Shown: in pieces, positions 9,033 to 19,162 of the stretch
How the letters are laid out: each line of letters opens with the position of its first letter
Numbering within the stretch: position 1 is the stretch's first letter
Assembly: GCA_031292355.1 (NCBI GenBank)
Contig: JARLHI010000040.1
Coordinates: 36,090-100,089 of the forward strand
Direction: 5' to 3'
From: Candidatus Obscuribacterales bacterium
GTDB lineage: Bacteria > Cyanobacteriota > Vampirovibrionia > Obscuribacterales > Obscuribacteraceae
DNA: 64,000 bases
Position numbers and translations under genes: made by a program
Notes under the pieces: model-generated
What the model saw: the letters and a program-made list of their open reading frames with translations, nothing else
Told to the model about the DNA's origin: nothing
The model's database searches: none

Positions 9033-10001
9033 TCATGTTCGACGTTTTCTAGGGGGAGGACCACCACTGAGAGGAGGTCTATTTTGAAAATCGATTTCAG
9101 AGCCTTCCTCTTGTATACCCGTTTGCGCCCCTGAATTAACGTCTTCATCGGGCTGGATTAGCTCGACAGCGGGCTCTTCATCTCCTTCTTCTTTTGCAGT
9201 CGCAGGGCTCGGAGAAACCGGTGCAGTTGTATCTTTTGGAGTTTCTTTGGTTGTACTTTCGGCTAATTGTTTTTGCTGATTCTGAAATGCAGCTAACTCA
9301 GCGTCGAATACTGAGTGGGGGATTTCCCCTCCTGAAGCTGATGTGGACAGTTCTTCATTCTTTTGTATGTCATTTGGAATTGCAGAATTGCTCTCTTCTT
9401 CTTTTTCCTCTTTGGGTGTCTGTTGATTTTCCATCGCGTTCAACAGTGAACTGGCGGCAAGTGGCGTCGCCGCTTCATCGTACTCTCCGAGCAATTCATC
9501 GAGCGGGTCGGAAAAATCCATCGGCTCATCGAAAACTTCTTCGATTGCTCCAAGTCTTGGTGAAATGATGAATGCTCTTTCAGCGAGTTCTTCTGCTTCT
9601 TTTGCATTTTGCCCATAGTCTTTTAGTGGACCGACCGCTGCACTTTCGGAAGTGGCTGATTCCTGATCTGGATTGCTTTGACTGGTACTGGATGTGGTGC
9701 TGCGCTGCAGATCTGCTTGTGGCTGCCCATTGACTATGTAACCATAATCTTTGGCGCTCAATGATTCAGCAATGAAAATTTGTAGCTCTCTATGCAAGCG
9801 TTTCAATTCGCCGGTAACACTGGTCAAATCTTGCGCTCTGGTGGCTTTCAGGTTTTTGCTACCCAAGTTAAGCCCAACTGCTGCAAGCAATTTTTCGCGA
9901 GCGTATGTTCCTACTGATCTTGCGCCAGCAGTGCGTGCCAGGCGTTGGATTTCTTGAAATTGTTCGGCTTGCAAAGTGATTGTAATTTGATGTTCGCGCA
10001 T
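9033..10001 (-). CDS. ribbon-helix-helix (CopG-like) N-terminal domain protein with long acidic disordered tail
   Basis: N-terminus ITITLQAEQFQEIQRLARTAGARSVGTYAREKLL has the RHH pattern. The remaining ~250 aa are E/D/S/T/P-rich low complexity. Confidence 0.5.
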   Translation of the reverse strand: MREHQITITLQAEQFQEIQRLARTAGARSVGTYAREKLLAAVGLNLGSKNLKATRAQDLTSVTGELKRLHRELQIFIAESLSAKDYGYIVNGQPQADLQRSTTSSTSQSNPDQESATSESAAVGPLKDYGQNAKEAEELAERAFIISPRLGAIEEVFDEPMDFSDPLDELLGEYDEAATPLAASSLLNAMENQQTPKEEKEEESNSAIPNDIQKNEELSTSASGGEIPHSVFDAELAAFQNQQKQLAESTTKETPKDTTAPVSPSPATAKEEGDEEPAVELIQPDEDVNSGAQTGIQEEGSEIDFQNRPPLSGGPPPRKRRT

Positions 10002-10139
10002 GTGATCCCACTGTTGCTATTTCTAGCAATTCTAGCGGAACATCGACTGTCGTTGTTGTTCTCTATCGTTTTAGGCAAAGTTGCGTATAAAAACTTGAGA
10101 CAGAAGATTGGCTCCGTCTCAAGCAGTCACCGTGCAATG

Positions 10140-11039
10140 CTATTTCTTGCGCTGCTCCACAAAAAGTGGATTGATGCGCAGTCGTGGTGTTGGGCGTGGA
10201 TACTGGATTACCTGGGCGTCGGGCAGATTGTCAGGATTGAAGTCCAACTGAAATGCGCCGAAAGACAGGGCATAAGCCAGCTCAGACGCAGTCAACAGAT
10301 GCTGGATGGTTGCTTCCGCAGTGACCAGATCCTGGTCTGCTGTGATGTCGGCTATCTCCATTAAGGGCAACGGTCGACCCAGGTCGTGGATGGCGTCCTG
10401 GATAAACTCGTAGCGGGTAACCCAGATCATCTGCCTGAAACTTTGCAAATTGAGTGGGAAACCAGAACCGCCGGCAAAAAGAAGACCCCAGGCAAACGTG
10501 CGGTTGGGGCACAAATTGATTCCGGCAAAGACTTCTTCGGCTGCGCCGTTTGCATTGTCTTGAGCGCTGAGAAAAACTCTCAGTATGTCCATTCCCTCGA
10601 CCTTGGACCAGCGACTTAACTGGCGTTTGAGGGCGCTTACAGCTCCGTCGACCAGACGTGGCTGAATGGACTCACGCGCTTCGGATTCTTCCGGTGTCGG
10701 TGCGGCGCGTGCGCTTATCTGCTGCCAGGTTTGAACGAGCGTTTGGGCCAATGTGGTGTCATCAGCTTGACTTATGGTTTTGAGGAAACTCTGTAAGTCG
10801 CTCAGCATGAGCCTGATAGGTTCGCGGCAGGTGAGGCGTCCGCGTGTGCGAGTCATTTGCTCATGCAACCATGGTGTGAGAATGGCGCTGAGAGCGATTG
10901 CATTTGTGATTTTGCCCTGATTGCCTTCAGCAAAATTTTCATGACTGAGGCTGTAAGTGGCAAGGGTCGTATCGGCGGCGATAGCGGTGGGAAAAAGGCG
11001 AACCTTCCGTGTTGGCGCTCGGTTCGATTTACGGGACAT
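10140..11039 (-). CDS. hypothetical protein (299 aa)
   Basis: Long ORF on the same strand as its neighbours. No recognisable motif. Confidence 0.5.
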   Translation of the reverse strand: MSRKSNRAPTRKVRLFPTAIAADTTLATYSLSHENFAEGNQGKITNAIALSAILTPWLHEQMTRTRGRLTCREPIRLMLSDLQSFLKTISQADDTTLAQTLVQTWQQISARAAPTPEESEARESIQPRLVDGAVSALKRQLSRWSKVEGMDILRVFLSAQDNANGAAEEVFAGINLCPNRTFAWGLLFAGGSGFPLNLQSFRQMIWVTRYEFIQDAIHDLGRPLPLMEIADITADQDLVTAEATIQHLLTASELAYALSFGAFQLDFNPDNLPDAQVIQYPRPTPRLRINPLFVEQRKK

Positions 11040-11164
11040 TGGGGTATTCCTGTGTGCTCGCTGTTAAAAATTTCCTTGTGAAGTCTTGCAACTCTGTCTC
11101 TTGGGGTGGTGGTTAGAGTGGCTTGAGACAGGAGAACAGGGTCTGTCTCAAGCCATTACGGTAC

Positions 11165-11992
11165 TTAGAGCGGGCAGGCATCCTCCGGCCAGAGCTCTTC
11201 AGCCTTCAGCTGGCACAGCCTGGCACGCTCCGTGTGGATGTCGCGTTTCAGTTTCCAGAGAAATGCTCGATTTGGATCCTCGGCAAAACGCTTGAGACCC
11301 TCGTTGACCAGTCTTTCCGCTTGATCGAGCTTGCCGAGCGCGATCAGATGCCAACCGGTCTGGGTCCAGGAAGCAATTCTCTCTTTATCGCCTGCGTCAT
11401 TGAGCTCGCGAGCAAGTTTGAGTCCCCGCAGTGCCCGCTTCAACGCCGTTTCGCGGTCGCCAAACCGGGCGTACATGACGCTCAGATTGGTGAGATTGCC
11501 GCTTAGGGAAGACAAGTCGCCCTGGCGTTCGATGACGACGATTTGCTTCTCGTACCAGTTGAGCGCCTCCTGGCGGCGTCGTTGGAGGTTCTTCGAGCGC
11601 GCTTTGGAGAAGAAGCAGATGCCCCAGAGGTTTTCGTACGCTTCAGCGAGATCCGCACTAGCCGGTGCAAACTTTTCGAAGAGCCTGGCCGCCTCGATGA
11701 GCAGCGTACGCGCCTGCCAGTCTTTCTTCTCTTCTCGCAACTTTTTCGCCTTTTCGACGAGCATCTGCGCTCCGAGAAAGTCTGGGCCCCAGTAAGTCGC
11801 GCGGCCGGAAGGGATTTCCTTGCCGTCGACGATTCGGTACAGCTGCACCACGCCGCTGGTCTTGGGCGGCGGATTCCATTCCACAGCAGGCGTATCGCCG
11901 ATTGCGAAATCCTGCTTCAGCACTTCGGTGCCGTTGAACGTGGCCCTGATGGTCACGGGCTTCGAGATTGGTTTTTCGTAGTTCATGCGCAT
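11165..11992 (-). CDS. hypothetical TPR-like helical-repeat protein
   Basis: ORF 11165..12028 with a probable ATG at MRMNYEK after TGAGGA. C-terminal half has TPR-like repeats (AEAYENLWGICFF…, LSVMYARFGD…). Confidence 0.5.
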   Translation of the reverse strand: MRMNYEKPISKPVTIRATFNGTEVLKQDFAIGDTPAVEWNPPPKTSGVVQLYRIVDGKEIPSGRATYWGPDFLGAQMLVEKAKKLREEKKDWQARTLLIEAARLFEKFAPASADLAEAYENLWGICFFSKARSKNLQRRRQEALNWYEKQIVVIERQGDLSSLSGNLTNLSVMYARFGDRETALKRALRGLKLARELNDAGDKERIASWTQTGWHLIALGKLDQAERLVNEGLKRFAEDPNRAFLWKLKRDIHTERARLCQLKAEELWPEDACPL

Positions 11993-12068
11993 TTGGTTAG
12001 TCCTCATGTTGCAGAATTTCTTGGCCATTGGATTTCGACCAAGGCGATTTTCAGAAGTCGCAGAGTCA

Positions 12069-12566
12069 CTAGCTTTTTGGTGCTGGTGCTTTCAACCACA
12101 AAGTGCGTTGATCGCAGTTTGATTCAGAGCGAGCCGGAAAAACTTCCCAACCCCTTTCGACGAGCAAAGAAACCGCACCTTCAACGATGGTCGGCTCAAG
12201 AGTTTCGGCTGGAAGTATGGCGACGGTCGTCACAGCCGGATTGCCACCACAGTTTTTGTGGAACAAGTCGACAAATGCAAAAGACGTCGCGAGAGTCTGC
12301 CGCTCCGGTTGAGGCATGGCCACGATGGTCTGCCAGGAGTAACCGGACCGGGAAGCCAGTTCGTGGATTTTCTTCTCGTAGCCCTGTCGTATGGAAAACA
12401 AGTCTCCGTCTGCTTCCGTTGCCTCGAAAGCCTCGCCAGTGAGAACGCACCGACGAGACCCATCCTCGAGAACGTTGACGCCGTGGTGGTGGCAACACGG
12501 GCACGCAACGACCCGACCGTCGCAATGAAGGCCCAGAAATTTGTCCTGATTTCCAATTGAGGTCAT
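12069..12566 (-). CDS. hypothetical Cys/His-rich protein
   Basis: ORF immediately downstream of adk. CPCCHHHG cluster suggests a metal site. Confidence 0.45.
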   Translation of the reverse strand: MTSIGNQDKFLGLHCDGRVVACPCCHHHGVNVLEDGSRRCVLTGEAFEATEADGDLFSIRQGYEKKIHELASRSGYSWQTIVAMPQPERQTLATSFAFVDLFHKNCGGNPAVTTVAILPAETLEPTIVEGAVSLLVERGWEVFPARSESNCDQRTLWLKAPAPKS

Positions 12567-12608
12567 GGATTACTTACTCTTTGGTTGGAGGAGGAATTCT
12601 CATTACGC

Positions 12609-13346
12609 TCAGAAAAGACTAATGACCGCCTTCAACACTGTGTCTTTTCCAGTTGTATTGTCGGCACGGACTGTTTTGAGCAAACCCTCCTTGGCGTAAA
12701 ACGCTATAAGCGGGGCTGTCTGCGTGCGATATGTGGCAAGCCTTGCTTCAACTACAGCAGGCGCGTCGTCGGGGCGCTGGTAGAGTTTGCTCTGGCAGTG
12801 ATCGCATACACCTGAGACCTTCGGGGGCAGCATCTTCAGATGAAATGTGCGCCCACATTCCTTGTTTGAGCAGGTGAGGCGATAAGCCAGCCTGTTAAGC
12901 AAATCTGGTTCAGGCACGGCGAATTCGATCACTATTGTTAGCGCAGCGCCTTGTTCTTTGAGCATGGTGCCAAGCAGTATTGCCTGATTGATATTGCGTG
13001 GAAAGCCATCGAGAATTCCTCCGCGCCAGTATTTGAATTTGAGCAACTCCTTCTTCAAGACTCCGATGGTCAGCTCATCTGGCGCGAATTTGCCTTCGTT
13101 GATCAGAGTCGAAAGGAGAACACCAATAGCGGTACCATTGGCCTGCTCGCGGCGGAAGAGATCGCCCATGCTGACGGTCGGAATTTCGAGGAAAGCAGCC
13201 AGTTCGTTTGCGATTGTGCCTTTGCCGGCTCCAGGCGGACCCACAAAGACAACAAATTTCGGTTTGCAAATAATCCAAAAAAGGCTGCGAAGTACCGTTC
13301 GAAAACGCTGTGGGTTTTCGGTGGGATATGCGGTGCGGACAAACAT
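12609..13346 (-). CDS. adk: adenylate kinase, long zinc-lid form with ~30-aa N-terminal extension
   Basis: P-loop GPPGAGKGT. LID domain CSNKECGRTF…CDHCQ carries the four-Cys zinc motif of the Gram-positive type. ILDGFPR motif. Confidence 0.85.
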   Translation of the reverse strand: MFVRTAYPTENPQRFRTVLRSLFWIICKPKFVVFVGPPGAGKGTIANELAAFLEIPTVSMGDLFRREQANGTAIGVLLSTLINEGKFAPDELTIGVLKKELLKFKYWRGGILDGFPRNINQAILLGTMLKEQGAALTIVIEFAVPEPDLLNRLAYRLTCSNKECGRTFHLKMLPPKVSGVCDHCQSKLYQRPDDAPAVVEARLATYRTQTAPLIAFYAKEGLLKTVRADNTTGKDTVLKAVISLF

Positions 13347-13631
13347 TGGAGGTCCTTGTTAGTGAAGATGGCACAGAAAAATACACCGGAGTGATGCATT
13401 TCGCGAAAAGTGAAATCAACTGCCGGATAAAGTTCGATGATGTTGAAAGGCTTGGAGTTTACGACGTGTAATAGAGATTTGTATAAGCACGCGTAGCCTG
13501 ACAAAAATTTGCTCCTCATTGCAAGCGATGAGCGTAGCTGGCCATGAAAAGAAATCAAAGCGCTTTAGATTGGTCTAGCGCGGCTAGTGTTCCACTTGGC
13601 AATTGTTGCCATTTGAGGCGACACAGCTCGA

Positions 13632-15407
13632 TTAATGGGCGAATTGTTTCTTGAAGAATTCGCCTAATTTGGCCGGTGCGGACTTCACCAGTACCTGTGA
13701 AAGCGACAAATCCTCGTGAATTGCATCCTGCCACTGTCCACTTTCAACACAGACATTGAGAATGTAAGTGTGCAAGTCAGCATCGTCATCATTGATTTTT
13801 TCGGCTTCTTTATATTCGCTCAATGATTCAGAATAACTTTTGGTTTCGAACAACATGTCGCCTAGCAAGATGTGTTCCTGAATTTCTCTTTCTTTTTTCA
13901 GTTGGCTGAGTACAATGTGGTCCGGGCGCAGATTAAGCAGTTGCAGCCCGTTGGCTAGGTGCACAATAAATTTCAACGAATTGAAGATTTTTGCTTCTTC
14001 TAGAGCCTTAGACTTATCTTCTTGCGCATAATAGATAAATCCCATACCAGCGTGAATTTGCCCAATTTCGTTTTTGGCAAGAACATTTAGATCATCGTAC
14101 TTATTTGACACTAACGAGAGCGCTTTTTGATAAGCGGCTAGGCTTTCGGTCCATCTTTTTTGCTTGCGGTAGGCATCGCCCAGTTTGCGCCATCCGCCTA
14201 TAAATTCGGGGCACAGCTGATTCATGGTTTGAATTTCTTTGAAGGCTTCGTCATCTTTTTTCTGCTCGATCAACAGGTTGATTAGGTCGACGCGAGCGCT
14301 GCCGGCCTTTGGATTAAACGTAAGCCCCTTTTTTATTGCAGCAATCGCTTGATCGAGTTTTTTCTGTCGTCTCAATGGTCGTGATAGAGAAAACTGCGCC
14401 TCGGCACTGCGTGGACGGAGCTTGATGACGTGCTCAATATACTTTTCTGATAGCTCATATTTTTGTTCGTTTTGCAGATCAAAACTCATTGTGTAATAGC
14501 TGCGACTCGTAAATCGCTTGCTGTGCAATGCTAATTTGGCCTGTTCTTTGGCAGCACTATGGTCGTGATGACCATATGCTATCGCTAAATCGTTATGCCA
14601 GACTGGATCGCCCTCGACAATGGTACCGGCTTCTTTAAGGATTTTGATTCGCTCAAGTCGGTTTTGTTCTCCTAGTTCTTGCTCCCCAGGTTTTTCTTCG
14701 AGAGCAAGTGCGGCAGCTTTCCATAACAGACTGACATAGCGGTTGTTATTAACTTGCGCTGCTTCTTTAAATTGTTTGACCGCTGCTTCTTGCAGACCAT
14801 TTCTTAGAGTGCAACGCGCTTTTGTGATGGCAAAACCGGCGTCGTTAGCCGCATTTTTTGACAAGGCCGGGTCAAGTGCATATTCTTCCAGCAGTTTGCG
14901 TGCTTTAAGTGGCGCTGTTTCTCGCAGAGCAATCATCGCTTGCACCTTGATTAGCTCAAGGTCTTGTTTGTTTTTGCACTCAGCAATCAGTGCGGCGGCG
15001 CGCTCAGGGTAACCTGCCCGCGAACAATTGTCGATTAAGGAAGCGGTAATCGCCAGATCGTCTGGAGCCAGGCGGTGAGCCATAGACAGAACTGAAACAG
15101 CGGCAATTTCGTTTTCATCAAAAAGCAAAGCGCGGCCAATCCAGGCCAGATCTCGTGCAGCTTTCTTTGCGTTATTCGCTTGTGTCAGAGATAGGCGAAC
15201 ATCATGAGCGTATAGCGGCATAAGATCCAGGATTGCTTTGCGAGGGTTCATCTGTTGCAGATCTGTGTACGCTTCTTTTTGACAATTAAGCGAAGACGAT
15301 TGTGAGTTTGTAGCGATGACGTTGTTTGTCTGTGCGCTGCTGTTAAGCGTTAAAAATCCCACCATCAAGAGGCTAAAAGTCAGATAGGTTGCTGTTTTTG
15401 CTTGCAT
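13632..15407 (-). CDS. secreted TPR-repeat protein (591 aa)
   Basis: Signal-peptide-like N-terminus (…FLTLNSSAQT), then many TPR-like 34-aa repeats. Confidence 0.65.
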   Translation of the reverse strand: MQAKTATYLTFSLLMVGFLTLNSSAQTNNVIATNSQSSSLNCQKEAYTDLQQMNPRKAILDLMPLYAHDVRLSLTQANNAKKAARDLAWIGRALLFDENEIAAVSVLSMAHRLAPDDLAITASLIDNCSRAGYPERAAALIAECKNKQDLELIKVQAMIALRETAPLKARKLLEEYALDPALSKNAANDAGFAITKARCTLRNGLQEAAVKQFKEAAQVNNNRYVSLLWKAAALALEEKPGEQELGEQNRLERIKILKEAGTIVEGDPVWHNDLAIAYGHHDHSAAKEQAKLALHSKRFTSRSYYTMSFDLQNEQKYELSEKYIEHVIKLRPRSAEAQFSLSRPLRRQKKLDQAIAAIKKGLTFNPKAGSARVDLINLLIEQKKDDEAFKEIQTMNQLCPEFIGGWRKLGDAYRKQKRWTESLAAYQKALSLVSNKYDDLNVLAKNEIGQIHAGMGFIYYAQEDKSKALEEAKIFNSLKFIVHLANGLQLLNLRPDHIVLSQLKKEREIQEHILLGDMLFETKSYSESLSEYKEAEKINDDDADLHTYILNVCVESGQWQDAIHEDLSLSQVLVKSAPAKLGEFFKKQFAH

Positions 15408-15418
15408 AGGTTGTGAGA

Positions 15419-15982
15419 TTATTTGATGCTGCGTGCTTTGTTTTTAAAGAAATCAATTAGCAGTTTCTGACAATTGTGTTCAAGTACTCCGCCTTTTACT
15501 TCTGGTAATGGATAAATGCGACCTTCGCAATAGAGATTGAAAGCCGAGCCAACCGCACCCGATTTGATATCATACGCGCCAAAAACCAGACGCGGCACAC
15601 GTGCTTGTAACAGTGCCTCTGCACACATGGGACAAGGTTCCAGTGTTGTGTATAAACAAACATCGTCCAGGCGCCAGCGATTCAGATGCGCAGCAGCCTG
15701 GCGAATAGCGATGATTTCTGCGTGCGCGGTTGGATCTTGATTTAATTCGCGTTGATTATGTGCGGAGGCGATAATGACGTTATTTCTAACGATGACACAC
15801 CCCACCGGCACGTCTGTGGCTGAATTTTCGGCTTCTGCAAGAGCCGCTTTCATCCAATTTTGGTCCGGGTTAAGCGAATTTGGGTCAGTCACGGCAAGAT
15901 TGTTCTTTTCGAAAAATGTTTTCGAGAAATTGTCCAGAAATACCTTCATCAGTATATATCCAGAAGTTAAGCGAGAAGCCAA
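15419..15982 (-). CDS. tadA: tRNA-specific adenosine deaminase
   Basis: HAE…PCPMC zinc-deaminase motifs (HAEIIAIRQAA, LEPCPMCAEAL). The true start may be the internal MKAALAEA. Confidence 0.8.
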   Translation of the reverse strand: MASRLTSGYILMKVFLDNFSKTFFEKNNLAVTDPNSLNPDQNWMKAALAEAENSATDVPVGCVIVRNNVIIASAHNQRELNQDPTAHAEIIAIRQAAAHLNRWRLDDVCLYTTLEPCPMCAEALLQARVPRLVFGAYDIKSGAVGSAFNLYCEGRIYPLPEVKGGVLEHNCQKLLIDFFKNKARSIK

Positions 15983-16726
15983 TCTGGCGAAGGGTTTTGA
16001 TTCAGGGGTGCATCAAAGCTGTTCGTTTGGTTTCAAATTAGGATTCGGGCGAGATTGGTGGGAACATTCCTTGACCTCTCTCGCCCGTATCGCCTTTCTA
16101 GCTTTTTTTTCAATTTTTTTCGGTGGTCATGGCTTTTATGCCAAAGCGTCACTGGGACTGATTGCTCTGGTGCAAAAGTCGAATGCATTACCGATTTGAT
16201 TTTTATAGCACACCGATTGCTTTTTTATGACCATCTTTAGCGAGTCTGAAGCTTTGCCGTTACACCAGGCTTATGACAAATCGATCATAAATGTGTCTGC
16301 GTCGCGCGAACTGCGCCATATCTGTGCGTGCTACATAGCTGCGCGAAGTAATCAAGCTGAACTGAAAATGTGCAAATTTGTTACATCCCTTACTGCCACG
16401 GGCCGAGCGTTTGCAGAGGTGGCCAGGAAGATCTGAACAGAGCATTAGCAGGTGCTTATGTGTTTTAAGCTCTTGATATATCTCTTTGAATTTATCTAGA
16501 TCTAAGTACAAGTTCTATACCTACTTCTCTGTTTAGCATTCCAACACAGCACAAAACGCAATTCCAATTGAAACAGAACGCCGATTGAACGAGCTTTTGC
16601 TTGTCTGTCGTCGACTGCTTCTGAAGACACCAAACGGAATTTTGTCGTTGCCGCGTGCTCACCATCTTTTGCATCACTGCTCTCAGGGTTGCCTGCTTGC
16701 AGAACTAATCCACTTGGGAGGCAATC

Positions 16727-17761
16727 ATGCCTAACATCCACATCATCTGGTCTTTCAACGGTGGCGGCACACGCGGCATCATGCAGGCGCGTGCGGTTCA
16801 ACGTCTTGAAGAACGTCTCGGTACCCAACTTGCATCCATCCAGGGCCTCAAGCATTACTTCATTGGCACATCCACCGGAGCCATTGTCGCTCTTGCGCTC
16901 ACCAAGCCCAAAGCCGATGGCACACCTCTTTACCGCGGTGGTGACATCGTCAATCTCTACTACAACGACAGCCCCACCATCTTCCCCAAAAACTTCTGGC
17001 GCCTGCTGCTTTCGCTTGTTGTTAATTGCGGCAGATATCCAGCGTCCGGCATCGAGTCTGTGTTCAAGAAGTATCTGGGTGGCACCACTCTCGGTGAACA
17101 CATGCACAATGTGATCGTTCCGGCTACGCAGACCGGGCCGATTTTCCAACCCTTTTTCTTCAAGAATTACGACAAAGACGACGCCAAGCGTCAAGCCTGG
17201 TTTGTCTGCAGAGCATCAACTGCGGCTCCGCAGTATTTCCCGCCGCTGGCTGATCCTTCGCTTGGACCGGATGGTTGCTTCATCGACGGTGGCATTGAGG
17301 TCAATGCACCGGCGATTAGCGGACTGGCCGAGGCCATGCTTAAGGCCAATGACGATGACGAATTCATCGTTGTCTCCTTCGGTACCGGAATGTATCTGCG
17401 CTCCTTCAGCTACAAGACGATGTCGCGTGCTCCCATCTGGAAGCTCCTCGGCACCGTTCTGGATATGCTGACCGGCGGTCAGGGATACATCGTCAGTTAC
17501 CAGTTGAAGCTGCTGTTGAACAAGCAGATACCGCAGATGTTCCAGCATCGCGACAGTGCCATGCGGCGCTTCTTCAACTTCGACACGATGATTCCGCCGG
17601 ACGTCGATAGCATCGATGATACGAGCAAAGCTACTTTGGATAAGCTTGTCGCGCTCGCTGACGAGATGATCGATGTCGAATTGAAAACCGACTTCGACGC
17701 GCTCTGTGAGATGCTCAAGAAGATCCACGCCGGGACTTTCAGCGTTAGAACTGGGGTCTAG
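16727..17761 (+). CDS. patatin-like phospholipase
   Basis: GGGTRG oxyanion motif, GTSTG (GxSxG) nucleophile elbow and a DGG catalytic Asp motif (FIDGGIEVNAP). The minus-strand ORFs 16502..17194 and 17216..17770 are antisense shadows. Confidence 0.8.
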   Translation: MPNIHIIWSFNGGGTRGIMQARAVQRLEERLGTQLASIQGLKHYFIGTSTGAIVALALTKPKADGTPLYRGGDIVNLYYNDSPTIFPKNFWRLLLSLVVNCGRYPASGIESVFKKYLGGTTLGEHMHNVIVPATQTGPIFQPFFFKNYDKDDAKRQAWFVCRASTAAPQYFPPLADPSLGPDGCFIDGGIEVNAPAISGLAEAMLKANDDDEFIVVSFGTGMYLRSFSYKTMSRAPIWKLLGTVLDMLTGGQGYIVSYQLKLLLNKQIPQMFQHRDSAMRRFFNFDTMIPPDVDSIDDTSKATLDKLVALADEMIDVELKTDFDALCEMLKKIHAGTFSVRTGV

Positions 17762-17932
17762 AAAATGCAAAGTCAGCGACAGTTGTTCTTATCTCATAAG
17801 ACAACTGGAGCTGACTTTGTATAAACGCAGCGCATGGTGCGTATGCGGCCGCTTGAGATAAGTAATCTCTTGAGTCGACGGTAAGAATTCGGCGCGGTGC
17901 GACCCACCATTGGTTAAGAAGGATATTCTGGA

Positions 17933-18148
17933 ATGACTTTAACGAAGACCAAGAACGTTCAGACTGTCGCTCGCGAAGTGGTCGGTAAGCCCATTCGTGA
18001 GGCGGAAGCCTTCATCACCGAGGCTGGTTTTATCAGCCGCGTGGTGATCGTTCATGGGGTCGGTATTCCCGGCGCTCATGAATATAACGATAAACGCGTC
18101 AAGCTTTTCGTCGAGAACGACGTGGTTTACGACACCCGCGTCGGTTGA
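17933..18148 (+). CDS. potato inhibitor I (MEROPS I13, CI-2/eglin-like) family serine protease inhibitor, copy 1
   Basis: 71 aa ending …RVKLFVENDVVYDTRVG, with VGKPIREAEAFI…; matches the CI-2 fold signature (…VGK..E.A…R.DRVRLFVD…PRVG). No signal peptide. Confidence 0.65.
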   Translation: MTLTKTKNVQTVAREVVGKPIREAEAFITEAGFISRVVIVHGVGIPGAHEYNDKRVKLFVENDVVYDTRVG

Positions 18149-18158
18149 GGAGGTGACA

Positions 18159-18485
18159 ATGTTTGGTCGTAATAAAACCGCCACGCGGGCGCCTCCTGTC
18201 GAGTGCAATGGGCGAATTCTCAATAGAGCCCCCTATCTGTTTGGAGGAGGCTACACCTTCATCACCGTCGCTATTCTGGTTGAACTCCCAGATGGCGGCG
18301 AGGAGGTGGTGTTGGAATATTCAAACAGTGCTTCGGTCAAGGCTCTCGCTTTGTGTAAACCCGGGCACAAGGTCAAAGTCTCGTTGGATCGTGAGAGCTC
18401 TGAAGCTCCGTGGAGTATTCAGAATTTTAAGATTGACTACGACGTCAAGGGTGAAAAGCTTGCCCTTGAGAAACTGACCGGCTGA
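18159..18485 (+). CDS. hypothetical protein (108 aa)
   Basis: ATG 10 nt after the I13 stop, preceded by GAGGAGG. ORF track frame 18054..18485, trimmed to MFGRNK. Confidence 0.5.
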   Translation: MFGRNKTATRAPPVECNGRILNRAPYLFGGGYTFITVAILVELPDGGEEVVLEYSNSASVKALALCKPGHKVKVSLDRESSEAPWSIQNFKIDYDVKGEKLALEKLTG

Positions 18486-18501
18486 GATCAGTCAAACGCT
18501 A

Positions 18502-19080
18502 GTGAAACGGGCGATGCACACTTTAGAATTGGCCGTTTCTTTATGCAGTTGGCACCATCTTTTTCCAACTAAACTTCATTGCTTGTTTATAAACTCTTCG
18601 GTCTATACGACTGAGAAAGACTACAAAGTGTCGATTTTCTCTAACACCGCTGGTGCGGCATTGTGCTTTTTGATTGTGTTTGTCATTTGCGTTGCAGCGC
18701 TTGTGGACTGGCGGCAAGCCCGTAAGGAGCGTGCGGAACTTAGACTGTCCGACGATTTGTGGCGCTTCCCAATCTCGTACAGGGCGCTTCTCAAAGATTG
18801 CGGTGCGTACATGACAGATGACGCTGTGCAAAAATATTTAAAGGCAATAGTCAAAGGCTATGAGGATTCGCGAACTCTGCTCCGAATGGGACAGGTTGAT
18901 CGCGCCTCCAAGCGTTTTGTTTATGTGCAGTGGTGCTTTCACAAGGCTCGCGAAAGTGCAGCTGCAGCAGCTTACAACGCTGAAACGGAATCTCTTTTGT
19001 TGGACGAGGCGGATGTAGACTTCGATGAAGTCGCAAGTTCTAACGCGCTTCTGGCTAGACGTCGAGCGGCCAAACAGTAA
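18502..19080 (+). CDS. hypothetical membrane protein
   Basis: One TM helix (AGAALCFLIVFVICVAALV). Start uncertain. Confidence 0.4.
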   Translation: MKRAMHTLELAVSLCSWHHLFPTKLHCLFINSSVYTTEKDYKVSIFSNTAGAALCFLIVFVICVAALVDWRQARKERAELRLSDDLWRFPISYRALLKDCGAYMTDDAVQKYLKAIVKGYEDSRTLLRMGQVDRASKRFVYVQWCFHKARESAAAAAYNAETESLLLDEADVDFDEVASSNALLARRRAAKQ

Positions 19081-19162
19081 TTCAAACGCGCCTTCTTTGG
19101 TTTTGCAAGCGCCATTTGCATGACCAGAGGAGGTTTCACGACCCCAGGTTGGAGTATAAGAG

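Noticed and set aside
12196-12560. Overlapping ORFs 12196..12525(-), 12230..12556(-), 12258..12560(+)
   Set aside because: All lie inside the 12069..12566 gene region in other frames. The longest same-strand frame contiguous with adk was kept.
16502-17770. Minus-strand ORFs 16502..17194 (230 aa) and 17216..17770 (184 aa)
   Set aside because: They lie entirely antisense to the patatin gene, which has clear catalytic motifs. They are low-complexity R/A/G-rich shadow ORFs.
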